Origin: an uncultured archaeon
GTDB taxonomy: Archaea > Asgardarchaeota > Heimdallarchaeia > Heimdallarchaeales > Heimdallarchaeaceae
Direction: 5' to 3'
Assembly: GCA_964549075.1 (NCBI GenBank)
Contig: CAZJUB010000064.1
Span: 1-15,629, forward strand
Length of the DNA: 15,629 nucleotides
Part shown: piece after piece, positions 1-10,100 of the stretch
Layout of the letters: each line of letters begins with the position of its first letter
Numbering within the stretch: position 1 is the stretch's first letter
The notes under the pieces: model-generated
Database searches by the model: none
What the model was told of the DNA's origin: nothing
Seen by the model: only the letters and a program-made list of their open reading frames with translations
Translations under genes and position numbers: made by a program

Positions 1-3000
1 CTTAATACCAATAATCCTTCAGTTACTACTGTTCAAGCTGCTTCTGGCACTTTCATTGAGGATTTCACCACAACTACTTATATAGAGGGTACACAAACCA
101 ATGTTACTGGCTGGGGTACAGGAACGATAGAAAATTCAAGAAAGAAACCTACTATTGTTAGCTCTATTAGTTCTTCATTAATAGGTAATACCATAAATGT
201 CTTTGTTCAAGGTAATTATTCATATGTAACTAATGCTAATGATGGTTTAAAAGCTGTAAATATCACTAATCCTATAGAACCTAATATTGTAGGTTCCTAT
301 TCTACACCAGGTATTGCTATGGCAGTTTATGTTGATGAAGATTATGCCTATATTGCTGATTTTCATGGAGATGTTGATGGATTCAATTTTCAAGTAGTTG
401 ATGTTAGCAATCCTTCTAGTCCTTCTTATGTAGGTAAATGCGAGACTTTTGATGCAGCAAGAGATGTGGTTATAGAAGGTAATTTAGCGTATATAGCTAA
501 TGGTAATGATGGATTATGTATTTTAAATATATCAAATCCTGCAAATCCGACAATAGTCAGTAACTGTGATACTTCTGGGTATGCATACAAAATTAAAATT
601 ATAGGTAATTATGCATATATAGCTGATGGAGTGGAAGGATTTGTTATTATAGATATAACTAATCCTCTTACTCCAACAATAGAATCTACTTTTAAAACGG
701 GTATAAATTCTGCAATTGATGTTATAATTGAAAAAAACCAACTTTATGTTATTGATCAAAATAATGGCGTTGTAGTAGCAAATATTACTGATGCAACTAC
801 ACCTGAATATATAGGAACATGGAATAAAGATGGTGCTTCTGATGGATGTATCAGACAAGATTTTCTTTTTGTTACAGATATAAATGATGGACTCTCAGTA
901 GTAAATATTACTGAACCAACTGCGCTTTCAATGATCAACACTTTTTCTTTACCAGGTTATGCCCAAGCATTTGATATATCTAAAAATTATGCTTATATTG
1001 CATGTGCTGAGGGAGGTTTTCAAGTAGTTCAAATTGCAGATCCATCTCCTCCTATGTTTGCTACATCTTGTAACACTCCTAGTATTGCCTCTGGGATTAC
1101 TATTGTTGGAGATTATGCATACGTAGCATGTGGATATGAGGGTTTACAGATTTTTGATATTAGTGATCCTTACAATCCAATTCTTTTCAGTTCCTGTGAC
1201 ACTCCAGGTTTTGCTACAGAAATTGATATTGCTGGAAATTATGCTTATATAGCCGATGGTGTTGATGGAGGTTTGCAGATTGTTAACATTACTAATCCTT
1301 CCTCTCCCACGATAATTGGTTCTTATAATACTGATGGTCAAGCGCTTGATGTTTGTGTTTCTGGTAACTATGTTTATGTTGCAGATGGAGGGGCATCATT
1401 ATGTTGTATTAATATTACTGATCCAACCAATCCCACCTATGTCAGTATGTTTCTTAATTATGCTTTCGGTATCTCTATTTCGGGGGATTATGCTTATACT
1501 GCAAGTAGTAGTCATTTGATGATTTTTGATATTTCAGAACCTGGTATAGTCTCATCTATATATGATAACTATATATACTCATTAGATGTTGATGTTGATG
1601 AAAGATATGCATATGTGGTAGAATATAATTCTCTTGGAGTGATTGATTTTGGTAATACTGCTTCTCCCTCATCTCCAGATAGAGTTGGTGAATGGTATGG
1701 AGACTCTTTTGGTTCATGGCCACGGATTTCTGTTTTTGGTGATTATGCTTATGTAACTGGTGATGAGGGTACTTTATATGAGTTTGATATCAGTCTTCCT
1801 GATTCTCCGTTTGTTACTGGTTCGTATGAAGCAGTAAATCCATCCGATGTTTTTGTTTCAGGAAGTTTTGTCTATTTAACAACTAATGACAGTCTTCATG
1901 TTCTTGAAAAAAGAGATTATAGAGCTAATAAATTTGCATCTTCATGTTTTGCTCAATCTAATACTGTTATTTCAACAAGTTCTTCAACTATTACAAAAGC
2001 AACTTTGGATGTGAATGATGATACTCCCACATCTACTTCTATCACTTATTATCTTTCTGCTGATGGAGGTACAAATTGGGAAATTACAACTCCTGGAATA
2101 GAACATTTCTTCATTAATACAGGTACTCAACTAAAGTGGAAGGCTGAACTAAATACTGATGATGTCTACGCAACCCCCAAGATTACCAATCTTTCAATAG
2201 ATTTTTCTACTAATTTAGTTAGTCCTTCTTTAGATTTACCAGTTGATAATCACATAACTGATGATTACACGCCTAGTTTCACATGGTTTAGCATTAATGG
2301 TGAATCTCAATATCTCTTTCAAATAGATACAACCATTAGTTTTGATTCCCCTATAGTTAATAGCACTATTCCTTCGTCTAGTACTAGTTTCACTCCAAGT
2401 TCTCTTCTTGCTCTAAACACCTATTATTGGCGTGTTGCAGGGATTGATTCTGAAGGGGATTTAGGTGAATTTTCAGCCTATAGAACTTTATACATAATTG
2501 AAGATACGAATAATCCTACAATTAACCACCCTAGTGATATTTCTTATGAACTAGGTTCAACAGGGCATTCTGTTGTTTGGTCTCCAACTGACTCTAATCC
2601 TTATTGGTACAATATTACACTAAATAGCATCCTTACCAGTCAGAATAATCCATGGACAGGAGGAGATATTCTTTTCAATATCGATGGTTTACCTTTAGGT
2701 ATTCACACAGTGGTATGTTCAGTCTATGATGTTGAAGGACTAGTAACTAGTGATACTGTAGAAATAGAAGTTACTACTACAGCTCCACCAATTATTGATG
2801 ATGTTACTGATTTTGCTTACGAGGAAGGAGATACAGGGAATACAATCACATGGCATCCTACTGATGCGAATCCAGACTATTATTCCATCTCTCGAGATGG
2901 ATTAATTATTGAAGATGGACCTTGGTCAGGTGGAGATATAAATATTAATATTGATGGATTAGCTTATGATGTTTATACTTATGTTTGCTTTGTGAATGAT

Positions 3001-3429
3001 ACAGAAGGACAATCCAATAGTGATACAGTTATTGTAACAGTAACAGATTCTGTTAGCCCAAATCTCAACTCTCCTAGTGATATAATCTATAGTGAAGGAG
3101 ATACAGGGAATAACATTGTTTGGATTGCATCTGACAACAATCCTGCAACATACATTGTTTACAAAGATGGAACACTATATAAAACTGATTCTTGGACCTC
3201 AGGTTCATCTATTATTATCTCTGTTGACGGATTATCTTCTGATCAATATAATTTCACAATAGTAATCCTTGATCAAGCAGGTAATTCAGCTAAAGATACG
3301 GTGATTGTAGGAGTCACAGCTGCAGTTCCAGAGTTATCTAGGATCTCTATTCTCTCTTTAATCAGTCTAGTTTCACTTGCAGTATTTTTCTATTTAAAGA
3401 AAAAGCGTAAAACTAAGAAGAATTACTAA
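1..3429 (+). CDS. LVIVD-repeat (14-blade) surface protein with FN3-like domain, 3 Ig-like repeats and C-terminal membrane anchor; 5'-truncated
   Basis: Frame 1 is open from base 1 (LNTNNPSVTTVQAASGTFIEDFTTTTYIEGTQTNVTGWGTGTIENSRKKP...) and is homologous to the N-terminus of the next gene, so ATG 319 is internal. Repeats of type GNYAYIADG-GLQIVNITNP; YYWRVAGID; ~90-aa P-x-I-x-x-P-x-D...W...IDGL repeats; ends VPE + hydrophobic helix + KKKRK. Confidence 0.9.
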   Translation, partial: LNTNNPSVTTVQAASGTFIEDFTTTTYIEGTQTNVTGWGTGTIENSRKKPTIVSSISSSLIGNTINVFVQGNYSYVTNANDGLKAVNITNPIEPNIVGSYSTPGIAMAVYVDEDYAYIADFHGDVDGFNFQVVDVSNPSSPSYVGKCETFDAARDVVIEGNLAYIANGNDGLCILNISNPANPTIVSNCDTSGYAYKIKIIGNYAYIADGVEGFVIIDITNPLTPTIESTFKTGINSAIDVIIEKNQLYVIDQNNGVVVANITDATTPEYIGTWNKDGASDGCIRQDFLFVTDINDGLSVVNITEPTALSMINTFSLPGYAQAFDISKNYAYIACAEGGFQVVQIADPSPPMFATSCNTPSIASGITIVGDYAYVACGYEGLQIFDISDPYNPILFSSCDTPGFATEIDIAGNYAYIADGVDGGLQIVNITNPSSPTIIGSYNTDGQALDVCVSGNYVYVADGGASLCCINITDPTNPTYVSMFLNYAFGISISGDYAYTASSSHLMIFDISEPGIVSSIYDNYIYSLDVDVDERYAYVVEYNSLGVIDFGNTASPSSPDRVGEWYGDSFGSWPRISVFGDYAYVTGDEGTLYEFDISLPDSPFVTGSYEAVNPSDVFVSGSFVYLTTNDSLHVLEKRDYRANKFASSCFAQSNTVISTSSSTITKATLDVNDDTPTSTSITYYLSADGGTNWEITTPGIEHFFINTGTQLKWKAELNTDDVYATPKITNLSIDFSTNLVSPSLDLPVDNHITDDYTPSFTWFSINGESQYLFQIDTTISFDSPIVNSTIPSSSTSFTPSSLLALNTYYWRVAGIDSEGDLGEFSAYRTLYIIEDTNNPTINHPSDISYELGSTGHSVVWSPTDSNPYWYNITLNSILTSQNNPWTGGDILFNIDGLPLGIHTVVCSVYDVEGLVTSDTVEIEVTTTAPPIIDDVTDFAYEEGDTGNTITWHPTDANPDYYSISRDGLIIEDGPWSGGDININIDGLAYDVYTYVCFVNDTEGQSNSDTVIVTVTDSVSPNLNSPSDIIYSEGDTGNNIVWIASDNNPATYIVYKDGTLYKTDSWTSGSSIIISVDGLSSDQYNFTIVILDQAGNSAKDTVIVGVTAAVPELSRISILSLISLVSLAVFFYLKKKRKTKKNY

Positions 3430-3438
3430 ATTTATCTT

Positions 3439-3458
3439 ATTCTTCCTTTTTTCTTTTT
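3439..3458 (+). terminator. Oligo-T archaeal-type terminator
   Basis: ttcttccttttttcttttt about 10 nt after stop 3429. Confidence 0.55.
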
Positions 3459-3465
3459 AAACAAA

Positions 3466-3482
3466 CGAGAAAGCTTTTTATT
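3466..3482 (+). promoter_or_regulatory. Putative BRE-TATA promoter of gene 2
   Basis: cgagaaa-gc-tttttatt about 50 nt upstream of ATG 3531; the same motif precedes genes 3 and 4. Confidence 0.6.
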
Positions 3483-3530
3483 TTTGTAATCTATATCTAA
3501 AAAACTAGACAAATTTATGAGTTGTTAAAA

Positions 3531-6500
3531 ATGATTAGAAAAAACAGTAATTTGAGGGGAAAAATATTCATTTTTCTCCTACTGTTCAGTTTTTTTACTA
3601 TTTTTCATTCTAACTTGAATCCTCTTCAAACAACACTAGCATCCTCTGGAATGTTTTCAGAAGACTTCACAACAACTACATATATGGACGGAGCACAAAC
3701 CAATGTTACAGGATGGGGGACAGGTTCAATAGAAAATTCAAAGAAAAAACCCACTGTTGTTGGAAATATTGGTTATTCTCTGATTGGTAATGCACTTGAT
3801 GTATTCATCGATGGTGATTATGCTTATGTAACTAATGATGAGGGATTGCATATAGTAAACATCACTGACCCTACTGATCCCAATATTATTGGTTTATATG
3901 TTACTCCAGATATTGCTCAAAGCATTTTTGTATCAGGAACTTATGCCTTTATAGCTGATCATTCAGGTGATGCTTATTCCACGAATTTTCTTATATTAGA
4001 TATTGTTGATCCAACCAATCCTACTTCAATAGGGAACTGTTCAACATTTGGTATAGCGAGAGATGTGGCTGTTAAAGGAAACTACGCCTATGTAGCAAAT
4101 GATAATAGTGGTCTGTGTATAGTTGATATTACAAATCCAGCAAGTCCAATTAGAGTAGATTGGATTGATACTCCTGGAACATCACTTAAATTAGAAATAA
4201 AAGGGAACAATACTTATGTAGCTGATGGATCAAATGGTTTAGTTATTGTAAACATAACAGATCCTCTAAATCCAAGTGTCAAAGCAACCTTTAATAGCGG
4301 TATTAGTTATGCAGTTAGTGTCTTTCTTGAAGATAATTATGCTTACATTGTTGACCGTAACAATGGAATAATAATAGTCAATGTTTCAGATCCATCTACT
4401 CCGATATTTGCAGGTTCGTGGATTAAAAGTGGTGTTTCGGATGATTTCGTGCATGAGAACTTCCTTTATGTCACAGATATAACCGACGGTCTTTCAGTAT
4501 TGGATTTAACGGATCCAAGTAATCCAATATTCATAAATACACTCACTCTTTCAGGAGTTGCCCAAGAGATTATTATCGATGATATTTACGCTTACATTGC
4601 TTGTCAATCTGGTGGTTTTCAAATTGTAAAAGTAATTGATATTATTCCAACACTGTTAGATTCATATGATACTCCAGATAATTCATGGAGTGTTGATGTT
4701 TCTGGAGATTATGCTTATGTAGCTGATGAGAGTGGAGGTTTACAAATAGTTGATATTTCTAATCCTCTGGACGCAACATTCGTAGGTAATTACACAACTC
4801 CAGATGATGCTAGAGATATTATTATCTCTGGTAATTATGCTTATATTGCTGCTGGAGATGCTGGTTTACAAATCCTTGATATCAGTGATCCTACTACTCC
4901 CGCCTTTGTTGGTTATTATGATACTCCGAGTTTAGCTACTGCACTCGCTATTTCAGGCAATTTAATTTATGTTGCTGATGGCGCAGGTGGTCTGGTAATT
5001 ATCGATGTTAGTGTTCCATCTACTCCTACCCTTGTTGGTTATTATGATACTCCAAGTTATGGCTATGGAGTTGATGTAGACGGAAATTATGCATATGTTG
5101 CTGATGGTGGTGGAGGTTTGGTAATTCTCGATGTTAGTACTCCTTCCACTCCAACTCTTGTTACTATTTATACAACAACAGATTTTGCATTAAATGTCTT
5201 AATTTCTGAAACTTATGCAATTGTATCAATTTATAAGTATGGTATATTGATTCTCGATATTAGTACTCCCTCCACTCCCACATTAGTCGTTTCAATTTCA
5301 GATTATGATTTTTGGGGACCATGGGAAACTGAACTTTCAGGTGATTATGCATGTGTAGCTAATGGTAATTCAGGAATACAAATATTTGATTTAAGCAATC
5401 TTTCCAATCCTTTACTTGTTGGTTTGTATAACACTCCAGGACTTGGACAAGGTGTGTTTTTTACAGGAGATTATGTTTATGTTGCAGATGGTCCAAATGG
5501 ATTAGAGATAATTAAAGTAAGATCAAAAAGAGGTGAACAGTATAATCCAGTATGTTCAGCTCAATCCACCTCAATTTTTACAGCAAGCTCTTCAGTTATT
5601 GAAAATGCTACTATGCATACTAGTGAGACTATACCCTCGTCTACAACTATTTTGTACTATCTTTCAGCAGACAACGGTATCAATTGGGAATCTGTTACTC
5701 CTGGAATAAAGTATGATTTTGTTAACACAGGTTATCAGCTTAAATGGAAAGCAATTCTTACAACTTCTGATATTTCAAAATCTCCAGTTATACATAACCT
5801 TTCAATCGAATATACTACGAAGTTAAATGAACCTTCATTACTTACTCCAACTGACGGTTTTATCACTGAAGATTATACTCCTACTTTCACGTGGAATAGT
5901 ATTAACGGAGAAGCAAATTATCTCTTCCAGCTTGATACGACAACAAGCTTTAGTACACCTCTGCTTAACATTACTCTCCCTTCTTCAAGTACCAGTTATA
6001 CTCCAATTTCACCTCTAGCTGTAGATACTTATTATTGGCGTGTAGCAGGAATTGATTCTGAAGGGGATATTGGAGATTTTTCCTTTTATCGAACTCTCTA
6101 TTTAATACAAGATGTAGATGCTCCAACTATAAATCATCCCAGTGATGTTTCCTATGAGCAAGGAGCAACAGGATATAGTATAACATGGACACCTGCTGAT
6201 TCCAATCCTAATTGGTACAATATAACTATGAATGGTTTTCTCACTAGCCATGATGATCCTTGGTTAGGAGGAGATATTGTTCTAAATATAGATGGATTAG
6301 TATTAGGTACTCATACTGCTATATGTTATGTATATGATTTAGAGGGATCAATGACAAGTGATACAGTTGAAATAGAAGTTACTACTACAGCTCCACCAGT
6401 TATTGATGATGTAGCTGATTTTGCCTATGAAGAAGGATCTACTGGACACACTATTACATGGCATCCAACAGATGGGAATCCAGATTACTATATAGTAACA

Positions 6501-7034
6501 AAAGATAGTATAGTAGTTGATGAAGGACCATGGTTAGGAGGAGATATAACAGTTGATATTGATGGTTTAGCTTATGGAGTGTATACTTTTATTTGTACAG
6601 TCAATGATACTGAAGGGCAATCAGCTAGTGATACTGTAATTTTGACAGTAACAGACTTTATTGATCCTCTGATTAACTCTCCTGCAGATGTCATCTATAG
6701 CGAAGGAGAAACAGGTAATAACATTGTTTGGATAGCTACGGATACCAATCCTGCAACTTATACAGTTTATAAGGATGGTACTATTTATGAAATTGATACT
6801 TGGATTTCAGGTTCATCTATTATTATCTCTGTTGACGGATTAACATCTGATCAATATAATTTCACTATTGTAGTTTTTGATCAATCTGGAAATAAAGCAA
6901 TAGATACAGTAATCGTTGCAGTTACGGTAATTGTACCAGAAATTCACCAAAATCTTTTCCTTGGTGTAATTATCATCTCAATTGTTGTTGTTGTCACATT
7001 TAATATTAAACATAGAAGGCATAAAATGGATTAA
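3531..7034 (+). CDS. LVIVD-repeat (14-blade) surface protein, tandem paralogue of gene 1
   Basis: Signal peptide (MIRKNSNLRGKIFIFLLLFSFF...TLA), 14 blades, SADNGINW Asp-box, FN3-like domain, 3 Ig-like repeats, VPE-TM-KHRRHK. ATG 3531 preferred over TTG 3522; start uncertain. Confidence 0.9.
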   Translation: MIRKNSNLRGKIFIFLLLFSFFTIFHSNLNPLQTTLASSGMFSEDFTTTTYMDGAQTNVTGWGTGSIENSKKKPTVVGNIGYSLIGNALDVFIDGDYAYVTNDEGLHIVNITDPTDPNIIGLYVTPDIAQSIFVSGTYAFIADHSGDAYSTNFLILDIVDPTNPTSIGNCSTFGIARDVAVKGNYAYVANDNSGLCIVDITNPASPIRVDWIDTPGTSLKLEIKGNNTYVADGSNGLVIVNITDPLNPSVKATFNSGISYAVSVFLEDNYAYIVDRNNGIIIVNVSDPSTPIFAGSWIKSGVSDDFVHENFLYVTDITDGLSVLDLTDPSNPIFINTLTLSGVAQEIIIDDIYAYIACQSGGFQIVKVIDIIPTLLDSYDTPDNSWSVDVSGDYAYVADESGGLQIVDISNPLDATFVGNYTTPDDARDIIISGNYAYIAAGDAGLQILDISDPTTPAFVGYYDTPSLATALAISGNLIYVADGAGGLVIIDVSVPSTPTLVGYYDTPSYGYGVDVDGNYAYVADGGGGLVILDVSTPSTPTLVTIYTTTDFALNVLISETYAIVSIYKYGILILDISTPSTPTLVVSISDYDFWGPWETELSGDYACVANGNSGIQIFDLSNLSNPLLVGLYNTPGLGQGVFFTGDYVYVADGPNGLEIIKVRSKRGEQYNPVCSAQSTSIFTASSSVIENATMHTSETIPSSTTILYYLSADNGINWESVTPGIKYDFVNTGYQLKWKAILTTSDISKSPVIHNLSIEYTTKLNEPSLLTPTDGFITEDYTPTFTWNSINGEANYLFQLDTTTSFSTPLLNITLPSSSTSYTPISPLAVDTYYWRVAGIDSEGDIGDFSFYRTLYLIQDVDAPTINHPSDVSYEQGATGYSITWTPADSNPNWYNITMNGFLTSHDDPWLGGDIVLNIDGLVLGTHTAICYVYDLEGSMTSDTVEIEVTTTAPPVIDDVADFAYEEGSTGHTITWHPTDGNPDYYIVTKDSIVVDEGPWLGGDITVDIDGLAYGVYTFICTVNDTEGQSASDTVILTVTDFIDPLINSPADVIYSEGETGNNIVWIATDTNPATYTVYKDGTIYEIDTWISGSSIIISVDGLTSDQYNFTIVVFDQSGNKAIDTVIVAVTVIVPEIHQNLFLGVIIISIVVVVTFNIKHRRHKMD
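4906..5290 (+). repeat. 126-bp-period intragenic tandem repeat (blades 9-12 of gene 2)
   Basis: ttgttggttattatgatactcc exact at 4906-4927 and 5032-5053; 4968-5036 vs 5094-5162 match 57/69 nt; attctcgat recurs at 5124 and 5250. Confidence 0.85.
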
Positions 7035-7116
7035 TTCCTTTTTATCCTTATTTTTCTTTATTTTTATTCAATGATAATTTAAGATAGTAATTTAAAAAAA
7101 AGAAAAAAGAGAAAAA
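7035..7116. terminator. Bidirectional oligo-T terminator region between convergent genes
   Basis: T-tracts at 7035-7068 on +; A-tracts at about 7094-7116 (T-tracts on -) next to stop 7117. Confidence 0.65.
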
Positions 7117-10100
7117 CTATTTTCTTCTCTTTTTTATAATTATAACTAAAAATACTATAGCAATTATTGTTGTAAACCAGAACATGTTTGATTCAGTTGT
7201 TTCTTCTTCTATTGGAGCAACTGTTACTTTTACTGTATCACTGATTGAATTCCCTGCTGCATCATAGACTGTGCATTCATAAAGATAAGTTCCACTCTCT
7301 AATCCATCAACTGAAAAGATTATCTCTTCTCCTGTCCATGTTTCAGTTTCTACTACAGTATCATTCATTGTTATTGTATAAGTTGAAGGACTATAATCAA
7401 ACGGATTCCAGGTGATAGAATAGCCTGTTTCTCCTTTTATATAACTTATATCTCCTGGATTATCTATTGTTGGAGCAATTGTATCTTCAACAGTAACATG
7501 AACTGTATCTGCTGCACTATCATCGTTATCATCATAAACGTGGCAAATGTACTCATAATTTCCATATGCTAAGTCATCAATATTGACAGTTATTGACTCT
7601 CCTGACCAAGCTCCAGAATCTACCTCTACTCCATTTCTTGTTACACTATAGCTTTTGGGATTATTATCATAGGGGTGCCAGGTAATACTATGTCCTGTTG
7701 ATCCTACTTCATAAGAAACATCTGCAGGATTGTCAATAGTTGGTACTATTGGTTCTACGACTGTTACAATAATACTATTACTTGCTTTATTTCCATCTTC
7801 ATCATATACTGAGCAAATGAAAGTGTATGTTCCAGTTGTGAGATTATCCACGTCAATGGTTATTGTACTTCCTGCCCATTCCCCTTCATCTATTAATTCT
7901 CCATTTCTAGTTATGTTAAACCAAACTGGGTTGTCATCTGTGGGGTGCCAGGTAATAGAATGACCAGCAGTGCCTTCTTCATAACTGAAATCGCTTATAC
8001 TGTCAATAATTGGTGGTTGAGTTGTTGTAACGGTTACCATCACTTCATCACTAGACCATTGATTGCTTAAATCATAAACATAACACACATAGGTATATGT
8101 TCCTTCAGCTAAACCATCAATTGATATCGAAATTTCGTTTTCTCCTATATTCCAAACTCCTTCATCTTCTATTATCCCATTGAAGGTAATATTATAGCTC
8201 TTTGGCAGTATATCGAAAACTTCCCATGTTATGTTATTTCCTGTTGCGCCCAATAGATAGCTAATGTCATCTGGACTATTAATCTCTGGTGAGGAAATAT
8301 CTAACTCTATGAAAATTTCTCTTGCTTCAGAAAAGGGACCTGTTTGATTTCCATTATCTATTGCTGCTACTCGCCAATAGTACGTTCCTACTGCTAATGA
8401 TGTACCAGGTTTATAGAAAGTCTCGGAAGAAGGTATTATTACATTGATTATTGGACTTATAAAGCTCGAAGAATCATCTAGTTGGAATAAATATTGATAA
8501 GCCTCTTCGACTGGTGACCATGAGAACGTTGGTCTTTTTTCATCAGTAACTAGCCCATCTACTGGAGAGAGTAAATCAGGTGATGCTATGACCGTTTCGA
8601 TTAGCAAAGTAATAGATGATATTGACGGCGTTATCAAACTATCTTGAGTTTCAAGAACCGCTTTCCATTTTATATTGCGTCCTTCATGACTTAATTGGTG
8701 TTTAACTCCATCATTTATAGCTTCCCAGTGTATTCCTCCATCAGCAGATATATAATAAAGTATTTGGGAATCTCCTGGAATTACGGAACTTTCTGTTAGA
8801 GTTATATAATTTATAGAAATCGAACTAGTGCCTTCATAGAATGTCTTAGACTGAGCTTGACATACTTCATTATACAGTGATAGAACATTTTTTCTAATAT
8901 TAACTACTTCTATGTTGGAAGTATGTTCAACTAAGTAACAATAATCACCGCGAACGACCGAATCTCTAACATTTCCTGGCGTTGAATAGCTATATAATAA
9001 CTGTGGATTATCGGGATTTGTTACATCAATAACTGCTATTCCTGCATCTGCATCATTCACAAAAGCAGTATTTCCTGAAACAATTATCCCATTAGCTAAA
9101 TCATTAGTATTACACTGACTACGAAATGTTGGAGAGGTTGGATCACTAATATCTACAATAACCAAACCATTTTCACCATCAGCAATGTAAGCTAAATCTC
9201 CTTCTATCCAAACTTCAAAAGAAACACCTGAAGAATCATACCAACCAATGGTTGTAGGAGAACTTGGATTACTTATATCAACAATTTTTAAACCATCTTC
9301 GCCACTTGCTACAAAAGCGTTATTACCTTCAATTTTAATATCTGCTGCATAGTGAAAATCATCATACAAGTTGTCAAATGCAGGAGATAGAGGAGTTGAC
9401 ATATCATAGATTGCTACACCTTCACTTCCACAAGTAAGATAAAGATTCTCACTATTTACTTCAATATCAAAATCAGCTAAATTCCACCAAGCATAAAAAT
9501 CTAGAGGAAGAGGGACAACTTGAGCTCCGAAATATGTTGGATTGGCAGAATCGAGAATATCGAATCCATAAAAAGCTAATTTGAATACCCATGATCCAGA
9601 TGCATACATCATGTAAGTACCGAAAACATAAGCAACACTTCCAAAAACTTCCACATCATAAAAAATGTGACCAAAGTCTAATAATCCAGGATTGAGAACA
9701 GCTTCACCAAGAAGAACAACATTTTCAGGATCACTTATGTTGTATGTTCTTAATATCCCTTGGTATTTTAATCCAGTAAAATGATTCCCTACAATATAAG
9801 CTACATCTCCAACAGCACATATTCCTCTGTGTGTTTGATCTATGTTAAACAATTTTTCACGTGATGGTTTCACATTTTCAGTTACCTTAATAATTCTAAT
9901 TCCGTCATCATAATTTGCAGTATATATTTCTGTCCCATCAAAATACAAGGCTAGAGCGATGCTAGTATGTGAGAATTCATAACTTCCAATAATTTGTATA
10001 TCATATTTATTTTTCAAATCTAGAATGTATACATACCCATGGTAGTCTGTTACATATGCTATTTCTCCATTGACCATAACATCATTCAACTCTAAATCAG

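Noticed and set aside
319-321. ATG 319 as start of gene 1
   Set aside because: The frame is open and homologous to gene 2 back to base 1; the true start is outside the window.
4906-5290. CRISPR-like repeat/spacer array
   Set aside because: In-frame 126-bp coding repeats with degenerate third positions.
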